Part shown: piece after piece, positions 9,476 to 20,294 of the stretch
How positions within the stretch are numbered: position 1 is the stretch's first letter
Layout: every line of letters begins with the position of its first letter
Assembly: GCA_963769025.1 (NCBI GenBank)
Contig: CAVYKI010000003.1
Span: forward strand, 1,184,001 to 1,248,000
DNA: 64,000 nucleotides
Direction: 5' to 3'
Source: an uncultured Verrucomicrobiae bacterium
Lineage (GTDB): Bacteria > Verrucomicrobiota > Verrucomicrobiia > Chthoniobacterales > Chthoniobacteraceae
Made by a program: the position numbers and the translations under genes
Notes under the pieces: model-generated
What the model was told of the DNA's origin: nothing
The model's input: the letters and a program-made list of their open reading frames with translations, nothing else
Database searches by the model: none

Positions 9476-10558
9476 ATGGACAAAGACGCAAAGGCCTTCC
9501 TCTTCGACCTCCTCGCCACGCCAAGCCCGACCGGCTTCGAACTCGGAGGACAGCGCAAATGGGCCGCATACGTCCGCAGTTTTTCCGATCGCGTGGAAAA
9601 TGACGCCTACGGGAACGCGTGGGCGACACTCGACGGCCGCAACCCGAAAGGGAGGCGCATCATGCTGGAGGCGCACGCGGACGAAATTGGTTTCATCGTG
9701 AAGCACATCTCGAAGGAAGGCTTCCTCCGCGTGGATCGCGTCGGCGGCAGCGATACGGCGACTGCGCGTGGCCGGCGGCTCGACATCCTCGGGGACAAGG
9801 GCGTCGTCCGCGGCATCATCGGCAACACCGCCATCCACCTTCGCAAGGACAGCCTCGCCGACGAGAAGGCGCCGAAAATCCACGAGCTGTATGTGGACGT
9901 GGGCGTCTCATCGGACAAGGAGGCGGCTAAGCTCGGCCTCCGAGTCGGGCATCCCGCAGTGTATGCCGACAATGCCGAGGAGTTCGGCCCGCACCGCATC
10001 GTGGGCCGCGCGCTCGACAACCGGCTCGGCGGTTTCATCCTCTCGCAAGTCCTCGCGCGCCTTTCCAAAAACCGCGCGAAGCTCCAGAGCACCGTCGTCG
10101 CCGTGAACGCCGTGCAGGAGGAAATCGGCGGCCACGGCGCGAAGATGGCCGCGCACCGGCTGATGCCTGACGTGGCCATCGTCCTTGACGTCACGCACGC
10201 CACCGACACGCCTGGCATCGATCATTCCGTGCATGGCGAGGTGAAATTCGGCGCCGGGCCGAGCATCACGCACGGCACGTGCAACCACCCGAAGGTCATC
10301 AAGCGCATCATCAAGGTCGCGGAGAAAAACAAGATCGTGCTGCAGCACGAGAGCAGCTCGCGCTACAGCGGCACCGATACCGACGTCATCTTCAACGTGA
10401 AGGAAGGCATCCCCAGCGCGCTGATTTCACTGCCGCTCCGCTACATGCATTCGGTCGTGGAAATGGCGGACCTGCGCGACGTGGAAAAGACCATCGAACT
10501 CATCGCCCGTTTCGTCGAGAGCGTGACGGATGACGATGATTTCGCGCACAAGCTGTAG
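9476..10558 (+). CDS. M42 family metallopeptidase (TET aminopeptidase-like)
   Basis: SPTGFE, EAHADEIG, ALDNRLG, VQEEIG, LDVTHA, SGTDTD, PLRYMHSVVE. Confidence 0.9.
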   Translation: MDKDAKAFLFDLLATPSPTGFELGGQRKWAAYVRSFSDRVENDAYGNAWATLDGRNPKGRRIMLEAHADEIGFIVKHISKEGFLRVDRVGGSDTATARGRRLDILGDKGVVRGIIGNTAIHLRKDSLADEKAPKIHELYVDVGVSSDKEAAKLGLRVGHPAVYADNAEEFGPHRIVGRALDNRLGGFILSQVLARLSKNRAKLQSTVVAVNAVQEEIGGHGAKMAAHRLMPDVAIVLDVTHATDTPGIDHSVHGEVKFGAGPSITHGTCNHPKVIKRIIKVAEKNKIVLQHESSSRYSGTDTDVIFNVKEGIPSALISLPLRYMHSVVEMADLRDVEKTIELIARFVESVTDDDDFAHKL

Positions 10559-10742
10559 CTGGTCGGCTCGCAAAATTTCTTCTTCGTCTGCTGCAAGGCC
10601 AACATCCACCGCAGATCGGCACTGGCGAGGATGGGGGCTGGTCCCAAATGGAGTCAGCGGGAAGCGGGACTGAGTGCTCTGCCGTCCATAAATCAACGGA
10701 CCCAGCGTATCCAAGCTGCAGGATTCGTGATCCGGACGCCGG

Positions 10743-11753
10743 TTACTGAGAATCGATAATAGCCACCTTCAACAGGCGGTTATCGATTGCAAAGCCCGCT
10801 GTTCGTAAGGCGCGAAGGTTGACTCGAAAGCGAATCTTGTCCTCGGCAGGAGTGAATTCGATCATGCCTCCCCGTGCGGTGAATTTTTCCGTCTCGCCGA
10901 CGGTGAGGGTCTTGGTGTCCGCGAATGAACGGAGTATTTCCTGAATGCTTCCACGCTCGGAGTTGCTGATGAAAACCATCTGTGCGCCGCGCAGGTCGGC
11001 GGAATCCCGTGCGCGCTTGATCGCAAAGGGCATCCCTTCCCCCCGTTGGTCCCCGAGCACCGTGTCCAGGACGTTGCCGAACGGGTCGTCGCCGAGGATG
11101 CCAATGGTGAAGACCTCATTCGCTGGGGAGGATGCCCCGGCCGGCCGGCGCACAAATCGTGCGAAATAGACGAGAAACGCCGCCTTTATTTGGTACTCGT
11201 CTGCGGCAGAACCAGTCGCGCGCAGGAGAACTGGCGGAACGGGATTCCCAACTTGAGCATCCGCCCGCTCCGCAGTTGGGGCCGTGAACGAAGGAGGCTG
11301 TGAGTCCGGGGTGACCTCACTCGGAGGAACGGATGCGGGCACAGCTCCGATGGCATCGGTGGCCAGACCCGCCCGTGACGCACGTTCTGGCATGGTGTCT
11401 TCTGCCTTGCGAGTGGTGAGAGGCGACCCGGACTTTGAAAAGGAGACCGTGCGGGCGGGAGAAACGGGAGGCGAGTCCTCCGACAGTGGTTTCAGTGCAC
11501 CACCCGCAGGTTTTGCCAGCCGGTGAGGGAAGATGTCCGCGAGGAATGCTGCAGCGACCAGGGCGGTAACGGCGGCCAGAGTGGCGATGGCGAATAACCC
11601 CCGACGCACGTTTAATCGTAACCGTGCGATTTCCGCTTCCGCCTTGGCCAGGCGCTCGGCCTCGCCCCGTCGCTCCTCCTGCATCCGGAGTTGTGCCTCG
11701 ATTTCCGCGGCGACACCGGGACGCAGGAACGGATCTCGATCAGGACCGAACAT
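10743..11753 (-). CDS. YfiR (DUF4154) domain protein with an N-terminal coiled coil, TM helix and Pro/Ser-rich linker
   Basis: C-terminal EYQIKAAFLVYFARFV..P, IGILGDDPFG, LTVGETEKF..RGGMIEF, KIRFRVNL, IDNRLLKVA; hydrophobic GLFAIATLAAVTALVAAAFLA; start at MFGPDR is a guess. Confidence 0.75.
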   Translation of the reverse strand: MFGPDRDPFLRPGVAAEIEAQLRMQEERRGEAERLAKAEAEIARLRLNVRRGLFAIATLAAVTALVAAAFLADIFPHRLAKPAGGALKPLSEDSPPVSPARTVSFSKSGSPLTTRKAEDTMPERASRAGLATDAIGAVPASVPPSEVTPDSQPPSFTAPTAERADAQVGNPVPPVLLRATGSAADEYQIKAAFLVYFARFVRRPAGASSPANEVFTIGILGDDPFGNVLDTVLGDQRGEGMPFAIKRARDSADLRGAQMVFISNSERGSIQEILRSFADTKTLTVGETEKFTARGGMIEFTPAEDKIRFRVNLRALRTAGFAIDNRLLKVAIIDSQ

Positions 11754-11925
11754 GAGCGAGGCTTGCACCCGTGGGGCGTGCGCACAAGCCCATTCAAAAG
11801 TACCGCGAGCGGTTGGCCGTGATTGCCGCGGTTCCGACGACGCCACGCCTTGACGCTCGCGCCCGCGCCGCGCAAGGTCCGCGTGCATCGTGATCGACGC
11901 GATTGCAGGGAAATCCAGGGACTTT

Positions 11926-13329
11926 ATGCGCAAAACAAAAATCATCGCCACACTCGGGCCGGCGACGGAATCGGCCGAGATGCTCCGCAGCCTCATCGAG
12001 ACGGGAGTGAATTGCTTCCGGCTGAACATGAGCCACGCGTCGCACGAATGGGTCCGCGCCATCGTGCCGCGCATCCGCAACGCCGCTCGCGAGACGGGGA
12101 AAATCGTCGGCATCCTCATGGACACGCAGGGGCCGGCCATCCGCACGGGCGACCTCCCGGCGAAGCTGAACCTCAAGCCGGGCGACATTTTCGAGTTCAC
12201 CGTGCGCGGCGAGAAGAGCGAGGAGGAGTTCAGCGCGGACGTGAACTACGACGGGTTGATCGACGACATCGGCGTCGGGGACGTGGTGCTCGTGGACAAC
12301 GGCGTCATCCACATGAAGGTGCTCGAGAAACTCGGCAACCGGCTGCGCTGCGAAGTGCTCACCGAGGGCATCATGGGCTCGCGCCGGCACATCAATCTGC
12401 CCGGCGTGAAAGTAAACCTGCCGCCGCTCACGGAGAAGGATCTCGCGGATGTCGAGCTCGGCGCCGCCCTCGGCGTGGACTTTGTCGCGCTGAGCTTCTG
12501 CCGCGAGGCGAATGATGTCCGGGTGTTGCGCAAGGTGCTCGATGAGCACGGCAGCAGCGCGCGCATCGTGGCGAAAATCGAGGACCAGCTCGCGGTGAAG
12601 AACATCGCATCCATCATCGATGCCACCGACGTGATCATGGTCGCGCGCGGCGACCTCGGCATCGAGTGCCCGATGGAGGAACTGCCGATCATCCAGCGCC
12701 GGATCGTGAAGCAATGCCTGGAACTCGGAACGCCGGTCATCGTCGCGACGCACATGCTGGAGAGCATGATCGTGAATCCCGTGCCCACGCGCGCCGAGGT
12801 GACGGATGTCGCCAACGCCGTCTTCGAGCAGGCGGATGCCATCATGCTCAGCGGCGAGACGACTATGGGGAAATATCCCATCCATTGCGTGAAGGTCCTC
12901 GACAAGGTCGCCGAACGTATTGAGCGGTCCGGCGGCCTCGGGCTTGCGGACCACGCAGTGCTCGAGACGGATCGTGAGAAGACAGTCCGCAGCGCCGTCG
13001 TCCTCGCCAACAGCCTGCCGGACACGAAGATCGTCATCTTCACGCGCCGCGGCACGATGGCCGCGTTCGTCGCCGGGCAGCGCCCGAAATATGCGCCGAT
13101 TTTCGCATTCACGCCGACTTGGGAGCTCTGCCGCAAGCTCAGCCTGCATCGTGCCGTGGAGCCCATTTACATGCCGTTCGAGATCACTCCCGAAAAAACC
13201 ATCGCCGCCGCGGAGCGCTATCTGTTGGAAAAGGGCATCGTGCAGCGCGGCGATCATCTGGTGATCGTGAGCGACATTTTTGCCGGGCAGGACCGCTTCG
13301 ACAGCATCCAGCTCCGGCGGATGCCGTAG
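11926..13329 (+). CDS. pyk: Pyruvate kinase
   Basis: MRKTKIIATLGPAT, FRLNMSH, MDTQGPAIRTG, AKIE, IMVARGDLG, ATHMLESM, PTRAEVTDVANA, MLSGET. Confidence 0.97.
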   Translation: MRKTKIIATLGPATESAEMLRSLIETGVNCFRLNMSHASHEWVRAIVPRIRNAARETGKIVGILMDTQGPAIRTGDLPAKLNLKPGDIFEFTVRGEKSEEEFSADVNYDGLIDDIGVGDVVLVDNGVIHMKVLEKLGNRLRCEVLTEGIMGSRRHINLPGVKVNLPPLTEKDLADVELGAALGVDFVALSFCREANDVRVLRKVLDEHGSSARIVAKIEDQLAVKNIASIIDATDVIMVARGDLGIECPMEELPIIQRRIVKQCLELGTPVIVATHMLESMIVNPVPTRAEVTDVANAVFEQADAIMLSGETTMGKYPIHCVKVLDKVAERIERSGGLGLADHAVLETDREKTVRSAVVLANSLPDTKIVIFTRRGTMAAFVAGQRPKYAPIFAFTPTWELCRKLSLHRAVEPIYMPFEITPEKTIAAAERYLLEKGIVQRGDHLVIVSDIFAGQDRFDSIQLRRMP

Positions 13330-13351
13330 GGGCGGCGCCATTCGCCTGCCC
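13326..13351 (+). repeat. Single GTAG REP-like hairpin overlapping the pyk stop codon
   Basis: GTAG-GGGCGGCG-CCATT-CGCCTGCCC imperfect stem directly after GTAG, whose TAG is the pyk stop. Confidence 0.45.
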
Positions 13352-13371
13352 ACGCCGGGAAGCCCGGAGCG

Positions 13372-14345
13372 CTATTTCCCCGAAGCCCGGAGTTTCGCGA
13401 TGAGATAGGCGTCGATGTTCGCGTGCTTCACATCCGGTGCGCCGGGATAGACGAGCTCGCAGTCCACGCCGGCGCTCCTGCACTTTTCCTGGAGCTTTAC
13501 GCCGTAGTTGGCGGTGTGCGTCGGATCCTTCTGCTCCTCGCCGAGCGCTGGCGGCGCCCCATAGATGAGATACACCGGCGGATCGTCGGCCGTGACGTGC
13601 TCGATCGGCGAGTATTCCTTGATCCACGGCAGCACCTCTTCGCGATGCGCGAGGAATTCCGCGAAGCGCGTGTCGCGCGTCTTGATGTCGTTCGGGTCCA
13701 TGAAGCCGAACGCGTGCCCGCCGTAGCGGCTGTTCGGCGTCCATTCCTTGAGTTGCGCGGGTCGAGCGAAGTCTGCGCACCGGTCACCGCCGCGCACCAC
13801 AGCCGCGTGGATTCACGCGCGATCGGGTCGCTGCTTTTCGGATCCGCCAGGTCCTTGTGAAACGCCAGCCACAGCGACGAGCACGCGCCCGCAGAGCCGC
13901 CGCTCGCGCCGATGCGCTGTTTGTCGATGTTCCACTCCTTCGCCTTGCTGCGCACGAATTGCAGCGCGCGTGCAGCGTCCTCCAGCGGCGCCTTCACCGG
14001 CGGCTTTACGCCCGCAAGTTGCGCTTGCCACGAGTAGCGGTAGTTGATCGAGACAACCGAGATGCCGGCGGCGAGATACGGCCTCACGCCGGCCCCGGTG
14101 CGCCCGCCTTTGTCGCCTGCCACCCAGCCACCGCCGTGAATGAAGAAGAGCAGCGGAGTGGGCTTGTCGGATTTTGCCTGGTAGAAATCGAGCACCTGCC
14201 GCTCGTGCGTGCCGTAGGCGACATTCGCGAGCGTCGGAACGGGGAGCGCCGGGGCTGCGACGGCACCCGCAGGCTGGACGGCCGGTGTGTCCGCGGCAAA
14301 TGCGCTGCTGGCGAGAAGGGCGAGGAGGGAGAATGGGAGTCGCAT
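13372..14345 (-). CDS. Secreted alpha/beta hydrolase (esterase, BD-FAE-like); one frameshift near 13765
   Basis: Signal peptide; FIHGGGW, SINYR, GGSAG nucleophile elbow; the C-terminal half EYSPIEHVTADDPP..DPTH is in ORF 13372-13800. Confidence 0.85.
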
Positions 14346-14474
14346 GGGAGGTGAGACCTGCTTTGCACCGGTAGCTTGGGGTTTCTCGATTCAAAAAAAG
14401 ATTCGCGCGTTGCCCGGCGCACGTTCGGCGCGGCCGGCCCCGGTTGGGAAATATTGGCCGTGCCGCCGCACGAG

Positions 14475-14490
14475 CGGCACAGCGGTTGCT
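14475..14490 (+). promoter_or_regulatory. Putative sigma54 (-24/-12) promoter
   Basis: CGGCAC-AGCGG-TTGCT with correct GG-N10-GC spacing, 24 nt upstream of the ATG at 14515. Confidence 0.5.
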
Positions 14491-14514
14491 AACCTATGCA
14501 TCAGGATGATAGCA

Positions 14515-14868
14515 ATGAGAACCACGACATGTTCAAACTGTGACCACGTTTTCCTGAGCTACGCTTCAAGTTGCCCGGAGTGCGCCTGGGCGCGCCCGCG
14601 GCGAAAGAAGCGCAGGACGGGCCGGGTAGTCGCGATAGGTGTTTCGATGGTGGCGCTGACAATGACCGCAATCACCGTCCGGAAACTCAAGACCGCGAGG
14701 GAGGACCTCCTCGCCCGGCAAAACGAGTCGGTTTTGGTGATGCCCCTGCTGCCGGTGCCCTTGAAAAAAGCGCCGCCTCCAACGGCATCCCGCACGAGCC
14801 CGGAACCTCTGATCAACATCTCGATTGTCGCCGGTGCCGAACAGCACACGGGACTTTCAGGATTTTAG
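14515..14868 (+). CDS. Hypothetical membrane protein with an N-terminal zinc ribbon
   Basis: CSNC-x10-CPEC, basic run RPRRKKRR, then one hydrophobic helix VVAIGVSMVALTMTAITV. Confidence 0.6.
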   Translation: MRTTTCSNCDHVFLSYASSCPECAWARPRRKKRRTGRVVAIGVSMVALTMTAITVRKLKTAREDLLARQNESVLVMPLLPVPLKKAPPPTASRTSPEPLINISIVAGAEQHTGLSGF

Positions 14869-15014
14869 TTTGACGACGCCCGGATTCCAGCGGCTCAGGC
14901 CGCAGCATTCATGAAGCCCGGACGCAATTGCCGTCATGGCGCTGGCAGCTTAGGTGCTTCGTAACACGCACCGTCCGCATCGAATAAAGCAACCTCTCAA
15001 AACAGCAAAGCACA

Positions 15015-15704
15015 GTGAAAACAAAAACCATTTACCTGCTATTCGCCTGCATATTCACAGGCATTCTCGAACATTCCGGAAATGCCGCACTGATCACCAA
15101 CGGCAGTTTTGAGGACGGCGGCGGATCCTTCGGCGGATGGACTGTCGCCGGGACAGCGGTCATCACCGCAAACCAATTTGGCACGCCAAGCGATGGCGCG
15201 GCGCAGGCTTTCATCAGCAACAGCGCTGGCTCTGTGACTTCTGCCGCGCTGTCCGCATTCTTTGGCGGTGCCACCCTGCCCGGTAATGCACGCGGCGTTG
15301 CGACCGAGGGTTCAGGAATCAAGCAAACCTTTACCTCCACCGGTCCTGTCCGATTCTCCTTCGACTATAGGTATCTCACCCAGGAAAATATAGGCTCTGG
15401 GTATGACGAGGGCTTCTACTTCATCGACGGCGCGGTGTTCTCGCTCGCGAATTCGACAGCCGCCGGCCTCATCGCGATCGACCGCTACACCAATGGTACA
15501 CCGTACAGGACCGTGTCGCTGACACTCTCAGCCGGGTTGCACACAATAGGTTTTGGAACTTACGACACTGGCGACGCGAGCGGAGACTCGGCGCTCATCG
15601 TCGATAACATTCAGGCCGTCCCCGAGCCTGCAACGCTTGGGGTGGGACTCGGTCTGGCTTTTGCCGCGCTGTTCCTCCGCAAGCCGCGCCGCGCCCGCGG
15701 ATAG
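15015..15704 (+). CDS. PEP-CTERM sorting domain surface protein
   Basis: Signal peptide, ALITNGSFE start of the mature domain, C-terminal VPEP + TM helix + basic tail RKPRRARG. Confidence 0.9.
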   Translation: MKTKTIYLLFACIFTGILEHSGNAALITNGSFEDGGGSFGGWTVAGTAVITANQFGTPSDGAAQAFISNSAGSVTSAALSAFFGGATLPGNARGVATEGSGIKQTFTSTGPVRFSFDYRYLTQENIGSGYDEGFYFIDGAVFSLANSTAAGLIAIDRYTNGTPYRTVSLTLSAGLHTIGFGTYDTGDASGDSALIVDNIQAVPEPATLGVGLGLAFAALFLRKPRRARG

Positions 15705-15751
15705 AGTCGGGCGTGGGGATTGGCGCGCCCTCAACGCCTGCGGAAGGCCGA

Positions 15752-17239
15752 TCAGGCCAGCACCTCTTTGATCACATGCCCCTCGACGTTGGTGAGCCGG
15801 CGTTGCACGCCGTTGTGCTCGAAGGTGAGGTGCTCGTGATCGAGGCCGAGCAGATGCAGGATCGTGGCGTTGAAGTCGTAGAGCGGATGAATGTCCTGCA
15901 CGGCCTTCTGGCCGAGCTCGTCGGTGACGCCGTGGCTGACGCCGGGCTTCACGCCCGCGCCGGTCATCCAGCAGGTGAAGCCGTCCGGGATTGTGATCGC
16001 GGCCCTGCGCGCCTTTTTGGAACAAGGGCATGCGGCCAAACTCGGTGCACCAGACGACCAGCGTGTCCTGCAGCAGGCCGCGCTGTTTCAGATCGCGGAT
16101 GAGCGCGGCGGCCGGCTGGTCGAGGATCGGCGGCGTGCACTGTCGTATTGCTCCTTGAGCTTGTTGTGGCCGTCCCAGTTCAGCTCGCCGCCGCTGGCGT
16201 AGGCGCCGTTGAAGAGCTGCACGAAGCGCACGCCGCGCTCGATCAGCCGCCGCGCGAGGATGCAGTTCTTCGCGAAGCGCGGCCTTGTTCGGATTCGTGC
16301 GTGTCGTCCGCGCCGTACAGTTTCAGAATGTGCGCGGGCTCGGTGCTGAGGTCGCTGATCTCCGGCACGCTGAGCTGCATGCGCGCGGCCAGTTCGTAGC
16401 TGGCGATGCGCGCGGCGAGTTTGCCGTCGCCGGGATGCTCCTCGAGATGCCGCGCATTCATCCGCTGCAGCAGCGCGCGCGCCGCGTCGTCGCCTGCGAC
16501 TGGAAACGCCGCGGCGGCGCGAGATGGCGCACCGGTTCCTTCGCGCTCATCGGTCGTGCCTTGAAACGCCGCGGGCAGGAATCCCGGGCCCCAGTTGTTC
16601 GACCCGGCCTGCGGCACGCCGCGCGGATCGGGAATCGCGACGTACGCCGGCAGATCCTGATTCTCGCTGCCCAGCGCGTAGCGTGACCCACGAGCCGAGG
16701 CTCGGAAAGCCATCGAGCACGAAGCCGGTGGAGAGAAAATTCTCCGCCGGGCCGTGCGTGTTCGACTTGCTGGTGAGCGAGTGCACGAAGGCGATGTCGT
16801 CGGTCAGCTCCGCGAGATGCGGAATCATGTCGCTGACCCACTTGCCCGTCTGGCCGCGCTGCCGGAACTCATACTGCGGCCGCGCGAGATTGCCCGCCGG
16901 TCCCTGGAACGTCACCGCCGGCCCGCCGGGCAGCGGCTTGTCGTCCCACTTGATCAGCTCCGGCTTGTAGTCCCACGTCTCGAGCTGGCTCACCGCGCCG
17001 GCGCAGAAGATCACGATCACGTTCTTCGCCTTCGCCGGGAAAGTGCGGCGCGCGCGGCGCATACGGCCGCGCCGGATCGATGACGCGACGTGCGTCGGCG
17101 CGGCGAGCAGGCCATCGCAGCCCGAGCAGATTCGTCAGCGCGATGGAGCCGAGCGCCGTGGCGCTGCTGCGAAAGGAAACGCCGCCGGTCGAGCAGATGC
17201 GCGGCCGGCGGCGGAGAGATGTTCGGCGCGGTGGCTCAT
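15752..17239 (-). CDS. DUF1501 domain protein (Tat-exported, sulfatase-like fold); multiple frameshifts
   Basis: [90 protein letters not shown] across joined ORFs; start overlaps the stop of the upstream gene. Confidence 0.85.
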
Positions 17240-20053
17240 GGCAGGAAGAGGAATTCGTTGCTGTTGAAAAGCGCGCGGCAGAGCGTCGGCGAGGCCGTGC
17301 TCGCGGACGACGGGTTCGGCATCGCGCGAGTTCCTCGGCGTCGGGATCGCGGCTGAGCGCGAGCTGGTAGGCGCGGCGGATTTGCTGCGCGACGTCGTCG
17401 CCGGCTTCCGCTTTCACGCGCGCGGCGAAGGCCTCGGATTCGTCGAGGGTGAAGCGGCTGTTGAAGAGATTCAGCGCCTGGATCGGCGTGGTGCGATTCG
17501 CGGCGGCGCGCGGTGCTCTGGCCGGCATCGGGACAGTCGAACGCGCCGAAGACGGCCTCGCGTTCGCGGCGGACTTTGTGCGCGTAGATCATGCGGCGCA
17601 GGCCGTCGCCGGTGAAGGACTCGACCGGGCGTGAAGCCGCTGAGGCCGCCGCGCTTGTCGAAGAGATCGAAGCCGCGGCCATACATCTTCAGGTTCGAGC
17701 CGGCCGCTGACGGCGAGCATCGAGTCGCGGATGGTCTCGGCTTCGAGACGGCGCGACGGGAAGCGCCAGAGCAGGCGGACGTCGGCATCAACGGTTGCGG
17801 CCGACGGCAGGACGCGGAACCGTTGCCGACGGCCGACTGCCGATACGTCGCGGACAGCACGATCAGCCGGTGCATGTGCTTCACCGACCAGCCGGAGCGG
17901 ATGAACTCGCTGCGCGAGCCAGTCGAGCAGTTCGGGATGCGAGGGCTTCGTGCCGTTGCGGCCGAAGTCGCTCGGCGTCTCGACGAGGCCGGTGCCGAAG
18001 TGGCCCTGCCAGATGCGATTCACCATCACGCGCGCGGTGAGCGGATTCTGCGGACTCGCGATCCAGTCGGCGAGCGCCTTGCGGCGCTCCTGCTCGGCGG
18101 TGTCGCCTGGCAGCTTCGATCGTGCCGAGCGCGCTGAGCACCGCGGGCACGACTTCGTCCTTCGGCTGCTCGGGATCGCCGCGATTGAGCAGGTGGATGT
18201 GCATCCGGCTTGCGGAATGTTCCCGGCGAAGACCTTCTGTCCCGTTCTGCGCGGCGTTCACCTTCGCCTCGAGCGAGGCCTTCTGCTTGCATCAGCGCGC
18301 GTCGCCTCGGCCGCTTCATCCTTGCCGAGGCCCTTCGTGGAAAACGCGACGCGGCTTTCGGTCGCGCTGTGACCAGGCTTTCGCCGGTCGTCTGAATCGG
18401 CGACGGCTTCGCCACTCGCCCGGTGCATCCGGCGACCTCGATGACGTAATCGATCGCCAGCCGGTCGGTGAATTTCCCCTCGCGGTCGCGGCCCCAGACG
18501 ACGCGATCGATCATCGTGCTCCTGCGGCAAACTCCAGCATCACCCAGCCCTTGCCCTTTCTCGTTCGACATCCAACTGCGCGAGTTGCCGTACTGGCCGT
18601 CGTTGATGTGCCGCAGCTCGTGGCGGTCGGCGACGACGGTGTCGCCGGAGGACGTGGCCGTGGCGCCCTCGCTGGCGAGCGCGACGTTGCGGCCCGCCGA
18701 TGTCGAAGACCTCGAGTTCGTCGATGCACGGCTCCAGGTTGTTCGTCTCGCGGATGGTGAAGCGCACGCGCTTCGCCTTCACCGGCGCAAAGCGATCCGT
18801 GTTCACGCGCGGCGTTCACCAGGCGGACGCTCGACGCCGGACTTCGCCAGCGGCACGAAGCGCGCGAGCTGCTGATCGATCTGCGGCGATCTGCGCTTCG
18901 AGCTGCTTCGCCTCCGCGCGCGCCGCCTCGGCCTCCGGCGTGCGCAGCTCGCGATCGCCGTACTCCACGCCGGCGACGAAGGCCTGCATCGCGTAGTAGT
19001 CGCGCTGCGGAGATGGGATCGAACTTGTGGTCGTGGCAGCGCGCGCAGCCGACGCTCAGGCCGAGGAAGGTCTGGCCGATGTTCATCACGATCTCATCGA
19101 GCGAATCCTGCCGCGCGAGCCGCTTCGAGGGCTCATCCTTGCCGATCTGCCCCGGCAGCAGCACCGACGCGGTGACGAGAAATCCGGTGGCCGCATCCTC
19201 GCCCAGCGCATCGCCGACGATTTGCTCGCGGATGAAGCGGTCATACGGCGTGTCGTCGTTGAACGCGCGGATCACGTAGTCGCGATACGGCCAGGCGTTC
19301 GGCCGCTCGGTGTTCACCTCGAAGCCGTGCGTGTCCGCGTAGCGCACGACGTCGAGCCAGTGCTGCGCCCAGCGCTCGCCGTAGCGCGGCGAGGCCAGCA
19401 GCGCGTCGACCACCCGCTCATGCGCGTCGGCGCGCGTGTCCTCTAGAAAATCCGCGACCTGCTCCGGCGTCGGCGGCAGGCCGGTGAGATCGAACGACAC
19501 GCGTCGCAGCCAGGTCACGCGATCCGCCTCCGGCGCGGGCTGCAGGCCCGCCGCCTCCAGCCGCGCCAGGATGAATCGGTCGACGCCATTCCGCGGCCAC
19601 GCCTGGTCCTTCGTCTCCGGCGGAGCGGGATCGGCAAGCGGCTTGAACGACCAGTGATCGCGCTTGTCTGCGAGCTTCACGAGGTCCACGCCATCCGGCC
19701 ACACCGCGCCCTGATCGATCCACGCCGTCAGGGTCGCGATCTCCGCGTCGGACAGGCGCTCGCCTTTCGGCGGCATCCGCTCGTCCTTGTCGTCGCTCGT
19801 CACCATCTGGATCAGCGGACTCTCCTTCGCCTTGCCCGCGATGATGTCCGGCGCGTGGTCATCGCCGCCCTTGAGCGCCGCCGCCTTCACATCGAGCCGG
19901 AGCCCGGACTTCTGCTTCTGTCTCGCCGTGGCACTCGTAGCAGTGCTTTTCGAAAATCGGCCGCACATCGCGCACGAAGTCCACCGGCGCTGCGTACAAC
20001 CCGGCAGCACAGGCAAACGTCAATGCAATGAATGTGCGCCGGGGGAGTTTCAT
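17236..20053 (-). CDS. PSD1 and planctomycete cytochrome C domain protein (DUF1549/DUF1553, with an F5/8-like insert); multiple frameshifts
   Basis: [102 protein letters not shown]. Confidence 0.88.
17794..17818 (+). repeat. Degenerate single REP copy (family of 800-829) inside the DUF1553 coding region
   Basis: GTTGCGGCCGACGGCAGGACGCGGA matches 800-824 at 20/25; read on the minus strand as FRVLPSAAT. Confidence 0.55.
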
Positions 20054-20294
20054 CGGTTGTCGTGGGTCCTTCCCTACAGTGAATGCGGGTCGCCGCACGT
20101 GCTTAGCCCATGACTGCGCGCGTTCCCAAAAAAGCGCGGGGACCGACCTTTGTGCCCCGCGCGGATTTTCCCCTTCGCAGCACCAAGCCGGCGTGAACTC
20201 GACGCGTGAAAAGCCCCGTCGCGTTCTCACGCGGCGCGAGCAATCGTTCGGCTGCATTTGCGCCCCGGTTCAAAAACCGACGCGCACGCTGCGC

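Noticed and set aside
11794..13353. Long antisense ORFs (also 24284-26341, 27823-29394, 31089-32786, 40401-42008)
   Set aside because: Shadow ORFs expected opposite high-GC3 genes; no recognisable motifs
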